Source: Octopus sinensis (Eukaryota). From it: a stretch of DNA of 64,000 nt. This document shows, one piece after another, positions 27,177-39,171 of this stretch (its first letter is position 1; every line of letters begins with the position of its first letter). The notes under the pieces are model-generated. The model made no database searches and was not told where the DNA came from. It was given only the letters and a program-made list of their open reading frames with translations. The stretch covers positions 41,230,001-41,294,000 of the forward strand of contig NC_043008.1 of NCBI RefSeq assembly GCF_006345805.1, written 5' to 3'. A program made the position numbers and the translations under genes.

Positions 27177-27522
27177 ATTGTCGTTCTTGTGACGGCGGTG
27201 GTGTTAGTAGTATTAGTAACATTGACGGCACGGTCTTTGCTGGCGGTGATGTGGTATTGTTATTGGTGGCGACGTCTTTAGTAGGGATAGCAGTTTTAGT
27301 AGCAGATTCTGCCATGGTGGTTGTCGGTGTTGGTGGTGGTGTGGACTCACTGATGGTGTTGACGGTGCTTGGCCTTGCGACCTTTGTTTTGTATTTGTTG
27401 CTGTTGTCGATGTTGATGGTGGCCGAGTTGTCAGGTTCAGCGTAAGGTAACAGAGCATCCTGTTTTTCTGCCTCTGCGTCACGCTTGACTTGCACCTCAG
27501 CCTCGTGGTGACCAGTGGCCAT
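25421..27522 (-). pseudogene. LINE ORF1 (gag-like nucleic-acid-binding protein), frameshifted
   Basis: Starts MATGHHEAEVQVKRDAE, with a T/P-rich N-terminus containing a (CAA)n tract. Segment 25825..26658 has an RRM-like region and the knuckle CYTCGSEAHLKKEC (CX2CX4HX4C). Confidence 0.8.
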
Positions 27523-27750
27523 TTTGGAAATAAAATGGCTAAATGAAACCACGAAGGCTATGAGAATTTTTTCTTTTAAATTTTGCCCACAAGGGGCAAA
27601 ATTTTGTGTAGATATTAATCAAGGTTTGCAGTGGATGTTGTTGCACAACTTTTAAACACAAAATATTTCACAATAAACAATTTTCAACGTACAAAGTGAC
27701 CAACTTACGTGGAGCCCATTTGACTAGCGTCCGTCCATGTCGAGAGAGAT

Positions 27751-27827
<77 letters not shown>
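27751..27827. repeat. (GATA)n microsatellite at the 5' junction of the Tx1 element
   Basis: Direct reading; same orientation as the GATA tract at the 3' junction. Confidence 0.95.
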
Positions 27828-28199
27828 GTGTGTGTATGCAGGTATATTAATACACATGCAGGGAAATATGTTTCTTTATACATGCATACATACACGCATA
27901 CATGTATATACACATGCATATACACGCACACAAACTCACACACGCACGCACATATATATATAGAGAGAGAGAGACAGACAGACAGAAACAAACAGACAGG
28001 CATAGAGGGCAGGGAGAGAAGAGGACAGAGAATTCAGTTTTCTCGATTAGATATACATTAAGGAAATTATAACAAACAGACGAATTAAAGTAAATAGACT
28101 AGGGGTACTCACACGCACGCACACATACACACACATACGCACGCACACACAGATACACACATACATGCACACACATACACACAGACGCACACTCACACA

Positions 28200-28253
<54 letters not shown>

Positions 28254-29282
28254 ATATATATATATATATACACACACACGTATCCCTAATGCTTTTAGTT
28301 TAATTTGTCTGTATTTTAGTAATAATTTATTTTATGTTTATTTAATCAAGAAAATTGAATTACGTTAATTACATGATATCGGATTCATCAATTTCAATGG
28401 GCATTAAAATTTCAATCATATCTCGAAAGAAAATATAGTATCACTGATCATGAACAGCACCTTCTGCCAATGTAATGAAACCACAGTTAAAAATATGGTA
28501 CCGAAAATCAGGGGAACGAAACCGCTATGGATCTCACCGCGATTGGGATGCGATTTTAGGACAGCTACCTGTTCTATGCCAATGTTCGTAAATGGTCAAC
28601 TTCGATTTTTAGTATGCTTTGCCATGACACTCTAATCCTGCAATTAATTCTATGGCAAGTTAAGATAATAACATAACACAAACAAAACAACACATATATG
28701 CAAGTATATACATTCGGCAGTTCATCAGAATTAATTTTTTTCGTGTTATTAATATCTGTCACATTTTTTTATAAAGATAAACAAAGGAAATGCTTTCAAT
28801 AGTTGTACGAAACACTAGTTACATACCTTGTGTAATACTTAAGGCATTTTAATTTCATAAATAAGGAGACATGTGTGTTTTCAGTAACACATTATCTACG
28901 AAGTGAATGCAACATTCTATTTCTTAATGTAGAGAAAAGTATGATACGTTGGTGAATGCAAAGTGACGTTTAGAGGTACACTTGATCCATTGCAACATAC
29001 AGCTGAGATGCAACGTGTTAATGTCTAGATATAAGGGCAACAATTCCGATGTTTAACCATTCGGATGAGCAGCTGTCAATGATTGAAGGTAGAGCCATAT
29101 ATAAATGAATAAATGTCGTATGAAGTATGTAATGAAAGAAAATACATATTACCGAAGAGAATGATAAATTAAACAAACTACCAAACAAAAATCATTATGT
29201 CCTCACCACAAATGTTTTCCTGCAAATCCGGAACATGGAGATAGTGTGACAGTGGACAACTCAAAAGCTATTATATATAGAC

Positions 29283-29326
<44 letters not shown>

Positions 29327-29328
<2 letters not shown>

Positions 29329-29538
29329 CTCTTTTACTCTTTTACTTGATTCAGTCATTTGGCTGCGGCCATGCTGGAGCACCGCCTTTAATCGAACAAC
29401 TCGACTTATCTTTTGTAAGACTAGTACTTATTCTATCGGTCTCTTTTGCCGAACCGCTAAGTTACGGGGACATAAACACACCAGCATCGGTTGTCAAGCA
29501 ATGCTAGGGGGACAAACACAGACGCACAAACACACACA

Positions 29539-29577
<39 letters not shown>

Positions 29578-29740
29578 ATATATATACGACAGGCTTCTTT
29601 CAGTTCCGTCTACCAAATCCACTCACAAGGCTTTGGTCGGCCCGAGGCTATAGTAGAAGACACTTGCCCAAGGTGCCACGCAGTGGGACTGAACCCGGAC
29701 CATGTGGTTGGTAAACAAGCTACGTACCACACAGCCACTT
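29327..29740 (-). mobile_element. SINE family A, near full length
   Basis: Reverse complement matches 13374-13745, with a long internal (TA)n. Confidence 0.92.
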
Positions 29741-29769
29741 GCGTATATATATATATATATATATATATA

Positions 29770-29809
<40 letters not shown>

Positions 29810-29812
<3 letters not shown>

Positions 29813-30121
29813 GAAGAAATGAGGTAATCAGAAATTCGGATGGTTTTATATTTACAGATATTATTTGTATATTACATTTATTATACATCATATAACTTAT
29901 ATCATATATCATGTATAATAGCGCTTTCGTCTATTCTGGTGAATTTTTCAAATGGAACTCCATTTAAAAAATACACCAGAATGGACGCAATTTGAAAAGT
30001 CCACGAGAATGTACGAAAGCGCTAATATATGATATATGATATAAGTTATATGATGTATAAAAACAGGTAATATACAAATAAATATCTGTAAATATACCTG
30101 TACATCATCTCCAACTTTCTA
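29810..30121. mobile_element. Palindromic MITE-like element (family E), ~110-bp inverted arms
   Basis: ~29840-29950 is the reverse complement of ~29990-30095; flanked by (TA)n; homologous to 16868-17052. Confidence 0.75.
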
Positions 30122-30169
<48 letters not shown>

Positions 30170-30217
30170 GTGTGTGTGTATGTATGTATATGTACGTATG
30201 TATATGTATTATATATG

Positions 30218-30248
<31 letters not shown>

Positions 30249-31744
30249 TACATACATACATACATACATGCATACATACATTCAAAACCATAAAGACAGA
30301 CAGACAGAGACAGAGTCAAACAGACAAAGAGAGAGGGACAGACACAGAGAGAGACGGAAATAATGATAGAAATAAATTAATAAAGCCATTTGGGCTTGAT
30401 ATACAAAATATACAAATATCCATGAAAATAAGAGTAAACAACGACAGAATATATTCAGGCGTGAACATTGAAGTATAAATCTATAGATATTCCTATATTA
30501 ACTCAGAAGAATTATTTAGAAAGCAAAGGCACGAGAAAGGTCCGAAAACTGTAATACAATATTGTTGACAGATGTAGTCAAACAGTCAAAAATGTGCAAC
30601 CAGTAGTAGAAGTTATCTATTTCTCCACGCTGAAAACAGAGGCCAAATTCACCTACTGTTTATATGCTTCTATTTTACCATTCTGAACTGTGAGATGCTG
30701 TTCTTCATCTACTTCATCTACTTCTAGCAAAAAGCAGAATTTTTTTTTATTAAACTATATCTTATATCAGATATAAGTATACATAGTTTCATCTGCGGTT
30801 ATTCATGTAATTATTATTTGAAGTAACCATGGTTGTGAGCATTAATCGAATCTTGCTTAAGGCTTTATCCTCAACATATTTGTGGTTCAGTCGTATTTAC
30901 GTATTACTTTTAGGTGTTTCAGACATATCTATATTATCGGCATGTAGTCTCACTGTCGGATATCTGTTTTATCTATCTTCATAAAAGATAATCAAAATAT
31001 TTTCAATCTTCACCTTTGCCGTATATTATTTCCACGACTACACAATTCGCCAGTACTTCAGTTCTATCCTATCTATTCTCTTCTGTTTGAAGTTATATAT
31101 GCCTTTCACATTCGGCAGTAACTTTCAAATCCAATACGAATAACAGCCTTGCTACATTTTCTTTTTTGACTTGAAGTATATTTGGTCAGAAATTTTGTAC
31201 ATATATCATGGTCTACGTATTGTAGGAAACCGAATTTTCCCGTCACCTGTATTACCTACAACTGTTGGTGTTACACATTTAACATAATGTTACCTCCTAG
31301 CATTTATCTAACATAACTTACATCCCAGTGTAAAAAGGAGGAAGCTGGAGAATCCTGAGTGGTTGTTTACGTATGGTGAACTACGCCTTAGATTTCTTTT
31401 TCATTCATAGGTATACTCCCAGAATGACATCAGATTTTGAAAGGCATAATATATACGTCTGATTTCCTTCTTACAAATTTGATTCCGCAAACGAATGTAA
31501 CGACACATACGTTTAATATTGAAAGAATGTTGAAGTGATGGTTCTTTTATGTTACGTAGAACTAATCTGACATAAAGTCCAAAATATTAGCAAACATTTT
31601 GATTTACCCATTTTTAAATATGCAACATCTATTCCAATATATATATATACATTCTATCGTAGAAATATTACTGGTAAATATTTATCGCCCTTCATCATTC
31701 ACTCTTTTTCTTTCTACATACATATATATAAAGATATATTCATG

Positions 31745-31861
31745 TATAGATAGTTAGATAGATAGATAGATAGATAGATAGTTAGATAGATGGATAGATA
31801 GATAGATAGATAGATAGATGGATGGATGGATGGATGGATGGATGGATGGATGGATGGATGA

Positions 31862-31900
<39 letters not shown>

Positions 31901-32000
31901 TATAGATAGATAGATAGATAGATGGATGGATGGATGGATGGATGAATAGATAGATAGATAGATATATAGATAGATAATAGATAGATAGACGGATGGATAC
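31745..32000. repeat. (GATA)n/(GATG)n compound tetranucleotide microsatellite
   Basis: Direct reading. Confidence 0.95.
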
Positions 32001-32739
32001 ATGAAGGAATGCCTGTGTGAGTAGTTATCTACGTACTTAAGTATGTGTGTCTATTCCTGTAAATGTAAACATCGCGGTATTATTCGTGAAAATAGGCTTA
32101 AGCATTATATATACCATATCATCTTCATTACATTTTTTTAGAGAATATTTATATAATGGTAAATTTTAAATCTATTTTCTCAATCATTCAAAAAAATAAA
32201 AAAACATAATGTTTTTTTTAGAGCCATGTTTACATTGACAATAAACCATTAGTTATTCAGTGTGATAGAAATATTAGCTTTTGGCATGACACTCTACTAG
32301 AAACGTTCGTAATGGTTTTAATAAACACGTTATCCTTATAGCTAAATTTCTGAAATGAATTTTCGTTGCATATAATACGGATCTAACATTTATTGGAATT
32401 TCATGTAACAGAGATGTTTAATATATGTACTTACATGCCTAGATGCATTGTATGTGGGTGTATATTTGGTAGCGTGAGGTTGCACATATATGATGTGTAG
32501 TCAGAGAGAAAAAGGGAGAGCGCGGGAGTGTGTTTGACGGTTGAAAGTAATTTCATTATATTCTCCTTCCTAACGACATTATTCGCTGATGATTGATTAT
32601 ATTAACACAGAAACACACACATACATGCACGCACATACAGGCTAACACACACTCACACACACATACACACAGGGACATATATATACAAATATACAAATAG
32701 ACTTGCCGACATGTATATACACACATATTATTGTTTTTG

Positions 32740-32960
32740 CATTTCTTTATCTATTTTGCTTGTTTCAGTCATCTGACTACGACAATGGAGAAGCACCACC
32801 TTTTAGTCGAATAAATCAAGCCCAGAAATTTTTTATGAATGATACTTATTCTATCAGTCACATTTGCTGAGCCGCTGATTTACGAGTGCAGAAACTCACC
32901 TACAGTGGCTGTCAGGAAGTAATAGGAAGACAAACGTAGAGACAAAGGCACACATACACT
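32740..32960 (-). mobile_element. SINE family A, decayed 3' half
   Basis: CTTGTTTCAGTCAT...AGCACCACCTTTTAGTCGAA...TACTTATTCTATC matches the reverse complement of the family A 3' end. Confidence 0.7.
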
Positions 32961-33030
32961 CTGACCACGTGTGTACCGTTGGCGATTTTTTTCCTCCATC
33001 TTCCCTTCTCTGGATCTTTCCTTTTCTTAT

Positions 33031-33065
33031 GTTTCTGATGAAGAGCTCCGCTCGAAACGTGAAAC
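33031..33065 (+). ncRNA. Minimal type I hammerhead ribozyme motif in a short pLTR-like repeat (~32969-33095); probably inactive here (G at position 17)
   Basis: GTTT-CTGATGA-A-GAGC TCC GCTC-GAAA-CG-T-G-AAAC. Stem I GTTT/AAAC, stem II GAGC/GCTC, palindromic ACGT helix III. Confidence 0.65.
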
Positions 33066-33104
33066 CCTTCTTCCCTTCATTCCTGAGCGTCCATATATAT
33101 ACAC

Positions 33105-33167
33105 GTATGTGTATGCGTGTATATGTGATTATGTGTATGTATGTGCATATATATATATATGCGCGTG

Positions 33168-33222
<55 letters not shown>

Positions 33223-33557
33223 ATGTGTATATTATATATACATATGTTTGTATGTGTGTGTATGTATTTATGTATGTATGTACATGTGTATATATTTATA
33301 TGTATGTATATGCATATGTATATGTTTATGTATGTATATATATAATTGCATATATGTGTATTTATGTGTGTGTATGTATGTATATGCATGTGTGTATTTA
33401 TATATGCATATATGTATTTATATGCGTATGTATACTTATATATGCGTATATATAATTATATACACATATGGTTTTATATGTGCATATGTGTTTATATATG
33501 CGTGTATATATTTATGTGTGTGTTTGTGTGTACGGTGTATGTATGTATATGTATGTG

Positions 33558-33594
<37 letters not shown>

Positions 33595-33700
33595 ATATGT
33601 ATATATATGTATATATGTATGTGTATGTATGTATATATGTGTGCGTATGTATGTATACATATGTATTTTCGCATGTGTATGTATGTGTGTTTGTATGTAT
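33105..33700. repeat. Degenerate (TA)/(TG) compound microsatellite
   Basis: Direct reading; source of the 263-aa ORF 32969..33760 and its neighbours. Confidence 0.95.
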
Positions 33701-34116
33701 ATTTATTTTCATTTTATATGTCTTTTCATGTATATTTATGTATTTATTCCCTCCACCTAACAATAACAAACTGCCTACCTCTTCTTGACCACCAAAAAGC
33801 AATTGTCTTCTAACTTACCTAAAATCCCATCCCATATATCTGTTTCTATTCATTTATTCTATTTATTCATTTATTTATTTTCTCACTGGTTCTTCTCATT
33901 TCAAAAACAACTCCGCCTTTTGACCACTCCCCTAAGAACATATAGCTTGTGCCCTGTTTATCTCCTAAATACCAACCTACCCAAAAGACGTCCCCCACCA
34001 CCACTCCATTAAATCGCCTAAATGCATAAATACCAGAACTTATTTGACAGCCAGCTTCTGAAGATTTCATCTGAATGAAACATTTCTAGTCATGTAGAAA
34101 TCTCTTCTATAAAATA

Positions 34117-34147
<31 letters not shown>

Positions 34148-34178
34148 TATATATGTATGTATATATATATATATTATG

Positions 34179-34248
<70 letters not shown>

Positions 34249-34319
34249 ATGTATGCACACACACTCACACACATATATATATATATACTTTATTTAAGCA
34301 CCCAGAAATTCAACAAAAC

Positions 34320-34357
34320 CTGTTACTCTGAGTTTCCCGTTGCCGTTCATCGGACAG
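34320..34357 (-). ncRNA. Hammerhead motif copy in the inverted pLTR (U4C variant)
   Basis: Reverse complement CTGT-CCGATGA-ACGGCAACGG-GAAA-CTCAGAG-TA-ACAG. Confidence 0.5.
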
Positions 34358-34490
34358 TTTTTGCTAGAATGAAACCGATATGTCAATTCTATCCAGACTA
34401 TTACAAACGCTACACTTTTAAAAAATGGACTTGTTTGATTGGCCCTTTAGAAACAACGGTCACTTTTCGAGCGATAACCCAAGATGAGCT

Positions 34491-34547
<57 letters not shown>

Positions 34548-34732
34548 TATAAAAAATTATAAAATTCGAGGAAAAACCTTACATTGAATAAAATACATAT
34601 TGACCTTAATGAAGGAAATATAATTAATACATGGAAATTGAAATGCATTAAAATATGCATTAAAAATATAACACAGCAATACATATTCATATTAAAGTAT
34701 ACATATATGTCAAAATACACAGAATAGATGAG

Positions 34733-35213
34733 CATAATAGGAATCTGATTGAGATTAAACATGGTGCCGAGCCCATTAAGAAATGCAATTGCAAAAATGA
34801 ATCCTCCTGTCCGTTAGAAGGGAAATGTCTAGTAAAAGGAGTAGTTTATAGAGTGAAGGTACAAATAGAAGGCTCATCGGAATACAAGACATATACAGGG
34901 GCTTCAGAAAATTCGTTTAAAACGCGATTTTATTCGCATGAAAATTCATTTAGATACCCAGAAAATAGGAAGAGGACCAGCCTAGCAAAATATGTCTGGG
35001 AACTAAGAAAAGGAAAACCCACCTTTCAACGTGGCATGGAGCATTCTGGCCAGAGCGGCACATACAGGCATGGAGCACACAAGAATAATTTCAAATGCAT
35101 CTTTCCCTCTGTTAGAAAAACTCTATATTTAATTCAAAGACAATAATTCTTTCAATCAAAGAAGTGACTGATGAACTTATGCAGGCACGCAGCCAAATTT
35201 AAAATGTCAACAT
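34733..35213 (+). pseudogene. Penelope-type GIY-YIG endonuclease C-terminal fragment
   Basis: HNRNLIEIKHGAEPIKKCNCKNESSCPLEGKCLVKGVVYRVKVQ...KTYTGASENSFKTRFYSHENSF...TSLAKYVWELRK; after frameshifts ..EKLYILN...LCRHAAKF. This is the Cys-linker + VY-YxG + FKxRxxxH pattern of PLE endonucleases. Confidence 0.85.
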
Positions 35214-36395
35214 AAATATACCATGTGGATAGAGTATATATTTTGTCTTTTGGTATTTTTGATTTTGAAATTTGATTTGATTCTTGGACTAGTATGTAAA
35301 CGCAACGATGATTTGTTTCGCGCTATGCAGATTCCATTCCGTATAGCAAGTCTCATGCATATAGTTGGTTATTTTGTTTATATTTCTCACTATTTCTTAG
35401 AAAACATTCGGCTTAGTTTATTTCATGTTATTATTGTATAGGCTTACTTTGATTTTTAATTTATAGATGATCCGAAATAGGGTGTTATATTTTACATGTC
35501 TTTCGTATAATTTTCATTATTACACTCACCATTTATTTAAAAGCAATGTTGTCAAAGATTTAAATTTTGACGTAAATATGTGTATAGCCACGAATATGTA
35601 TTTGTAAGCATACGTCTCTGTGTATGTGTAAGTGAGCGTATGTTTATGCTTAAGTACACACATACACGACTGTATGTGTATGTATCCACTTTAATTTGTG
35701 TGTTTGTGTACTTGTATCTCTCTATATGTGTCAATATACGAGGTTACACAGCTTGTATACATAATTTTTCATATTTCGTTTTTTCCCCACCCCTCCATTT
35801 TTCTTTGTTTCTTTTTTCTCTCTCTTGCTTTCTTTCGTTTTTTTCTCTAACTATGCGATACATGTATAGAGTCATGAAACTTTAAGCCCCCCTCACTTAC
35901 TCATGTCTTAAGCTCCGCTTCGTAAATACGAACGATACTTAACCATCCATGATTTTAGCTTGCGCGCGAACTAGTTTGCGTATACATATGTATACATGTA
36001 TTTGTGTGTACATTTTAGCTTTATATTTATACGTCTGTATATGTATGGGGTTCGCGCGCATCTATTCTGTGTATGTTGATATATATGTATACTTTAATAT
36101 GAATATGTATTGCTGTGTTATATTTTTAATGCATTTCAATTTCCATGTATTAATTATATTTCCTTCATTAAGGTCAATATGTATTTTATTCAATGTAAGG
36201 TTTTTCTTCAAATTTTATAATTTTTATAATTTTTATATATATATATATCTATATATATTTGGGCTCATCTTTGTTTATCGCTCGAAAATTGACCGTTATT
36301 TCTAAACGGCCAATCAAACAAGTCCATTTTTTTAAAGGTGTATCGTTTGTAATAATCTGGATAGAATTGACATATCGGTTCCATTCTAGCAAAAA

Positions 36396-36433
36396 CTGTC
36401 CGATGAACGGCAACGGGAAATTCAGAGTAACTT
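36396..36433 (+). ncRNA. Hammerhead motif copy in the 3' pLTR (decayed)
   Basis: CTGT-CCGATGA-ACGGCAACGG-GAAA-TTCAGAG-TA-ACTT; stems I and III are damaged. Confidence 0.4.
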
Positions 36434-36636
36434 GTTTTGTTGAATTTTCTGGTGCTTTAAATAAAGCATATTACTCTACCACTGGTATTTGAGTACACTT
36501 TTTCCACCTTGTTTCACATTTATGTGTTTACACTCCCGTTAATTATAATATTATATATATATATATATATATATTATATAATACTTATACATACACACAC
36601 ACCGCCTATATATACACACCACATGCACACAACTCA

Positions 36637-36674
<38 letters not shown>

Positions 36675-38252
36675 CATATATATATACGAGCAAAACGCCC
36701 CCGTCCAATGGACGTGCTGAGTTGTCAAACATTTAACCAAATTTCTCAAAACAATTTGTCCGACAGTCCCATAGACCCCTTCTTTGAGACACACTGATTA
36801 ACCTAAATATGAGACACCACAAAAGAAGATATAAAGATACACTTTTTTCCATTCGAAAGCAAAACGATTTTATTCACACAAATATGCAACTGAAGAGTTT
36901 AAAGTAACAGTAATGATAAGGCTGTTGACTGGGAGAACACAAACATGGTTTAAACATATGCTTGGCAGGAAGTTTTGCGCAAGCTGCACGTGCATTTTCT
37001 CGCGTACGCGTAGTATCGATTGCTACAGTTGATGTACTTGCACGTACAAATGCACGTTCCCTCAGCGTTATCGATCGCATTCTCACCTGGAATCGATTTT
37101 TGTAATTTTTTCATGACTTATACACTAACTCCCTGATACCGTCCTTATTTACATATCAAATTTGAGTGTGTGCGTGTGTGTATGAGTGTTTATCTATCTA
37201 TATAATCATATATATATGTATGTATACATATATATGTGTATATATATATATATATATATTTGTTCATATATATATATAGTTATATACATATAAATGTAAA
37301 TATAATATATGTATATATATATATTATATATATATATATAATATATGTATGCATGTATGTATGCATTTATATAACGAAAAGAAAGACGAGGAACGATATA
37401 TAGATACATATACAGATGTGTGCACATATGTAACTATGGATAAATATATGAATATTTCCTGAATGCACAGCTCTAAAGTATATCAATATTTGCGTATGAT
37501 TGTGTCCGTGTGTGTAACTACTCAGAATGTAGCTGATATCATTTTTGCTAAACGGCCTCTATCGAGTGAGAGTATCATTTGCAACCTAAAAATCAACACA
37601 TGCCAGAATGTCAATATAATTGTTACCTCTGAATCTTTTCCAATTTTCTACTAGCCTTATGTGATTTAATCTCGGCATCCTACGTGAGACTTTTATCCAC
37701 ACAACTAGTTATATTTATATACACATGTCCCTCTTTTACATTAACACATTCCACAAACATTTATCGAGAGCTAAGATGTCCATTAAATATTTAATTTCTT
37801 TCAATCATACACAAACCGATAAAATAAGGTACGTATGATGATGCCAGTCAAACGTAAACCACAGGCCCTTACGCCCACGCAACCATTTACACTATGTTCA
37901 ATATTGCTATACAAACATAATGAGAAAAATATTAACTTTTTGTCACAGGATTCAGCAAATATAATCCTAATAGAAAATATATAGATAATATACACGTTAT
38001 CTTCATAGATGTAAAAGCATTTACAATTTTATGTTACATAAATTAACATATAGATACACAGTCATTGAATATATTTACATATACACTGGAGAAATCTGCA
38101 AAGCCACTCAAATTTCTCTAAGAAGATTTATCTACTACAAACATGCTTCTCCTAAGCACATGCACACATATGCACACTCACTCTCACACACACACGGAAA
38201 TACGTGCACACACATACACATGTACTTTAGTATATATAGAAATATATATAAG

Positions 38253-38309
<57 letters not shown>

Positions 38310-38324
38310 TATATACACTAGCAC

Positions 38325-38842
38325 TATGACCCGGTTGGCGGGTCTAGTGGTAGTCAAGCATATTTGGTCTTTCATGAAAATCCTTCTCTCTTTTCACTCA
38401 CTTGGTCTAACACAGATTTCCTTCTCAGTTCTTTGACCTTAATCCGCTGAGCATGTCCCTTAGTGGGTGAGGATATGTACAGCTCTGATCACAAGCAGAA
38501 GTAGTGGGGGAGCATCATCAAGCGGTGTGGTTGAAAGGATTTCTTAGAGGTTTGGATAATTCACCTTTGGAAACATGGGTGGTTCATTTAACATCCTTAA
38601 ACAATCCTTATTCAGGGACCTTTTGAGAGGGATGGGCTACTCAACCAGAAGTAATTTCTAACTGGGCCCCACCTGCAAGGTCATGCGCTGTTTATCTTGA
38701 TATGAGATCACCATGTTGCGCACATATCCTTGTGATGCATTGCCTGGTGTAACCTTATCAGACGGGGGTTCATGATGGGTATACTGTGCTTCGCATATTT
38801 TACCCCAGTTTCACTTTGTTGGCATGCAATGCTCTTTCACTC

Positions 38843-38850
<8 letters not shown>
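38325..38850 (+). mobile_element. Unclassified retroposon 3' end with (AAT)n tail
   Basis: Relatively GC-rich block ending ...CTCTTTCACTC-AATAATAAT; the tail runs into the (AAT)n tract. No coding signal found and no second copy in the window. Confidence 0.45.
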
Positions 38851-38878
<28 letters not shown>

Positions 38879-38947
38879 TAATAAATAATAATAATAGTGT
38901 AAAAATAAAAAGAATAACATAATAATATAATAATAATAATAATAATA

Positions 38948-39007
<60 letters not shown>

Positions 39008-39054
39008 TAATATAATAATAATATCGTGATAAAAATAAAAAGAATAACAATATA

Positions 39055-39101
<47 letters not shown>

Positions 39102-39117
39102 GTAATAATAATAATAA
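38843..39117. repeat. (AAT)n microsatellite, interrupted
   Basis: Direct reading. Confidence 0.95.
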
Positions 39118-39171
39118 TGACATTGAAAAATATACCTTAGCAATGAGACCCCAGGTTCGAAATTTCCCCAA

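Larger units (their letters stand above)
21558..27750 (-). mobile_element. Apparently full-length L1/Tx1-type non-LTR retrotransposon (~6.2 kb), frameshifted
   Basis: 5' UTR, ORF1 with CCHC knuckle, ORF2 APE-RT-CCHC, then a ~390-bp 3' UTR ending TAATAAAGAAACA followed by (TATC)n. The Tx1 assignment rests on the gag-like ORF1 and motif style and was not searched. Confidence 0.9.
34288..36466 (+). mobile_element. 5'-truncated Penelope-like element with inverted pseudo-LTR copy
   Basis: 34288-34730 is the reverse complement of 36058-36466 (both end AATAAAG). Between them lie the GIY-YIG ORF end and a long 3' UTR that is also present at 2210-3141. Confidence 0.85.

Noticed and set aside
22264-27445. 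Plus-strand and alternate-frame ORFs overlapping the LINE (e.g. 23481..23975, 24265..24696, 25584..26147)
   Set aside because: Shadow ORFs of GC-rich LINE coding sequence; no independent motifs.
31390-31460. Pyrimidine-tract acceptor followed by a short open frame (YTPRMTSDFERHNIYV*)
   Set aside because: No partner exon or recognisable peptide; expected by chance.
32969-33813. Long ORFs up to 263 aa (and similar YI/CV/THT/IYLS/poly-L/Y ORFs at 6155, 19090, 28047, 30122, 38800, 44075, 58616, 59732)
   Set aside because: They are translations of (TA)n, (TG)n, (GATA)n and (AAT)n microsatellites, which lack stops in some frames.
34051-34090. CTGAAGA...GAAAC hammerhead-like string
   Set aside because: Stem II needs a 2-nt loop plus U.U closure and there is no stem I pairing.
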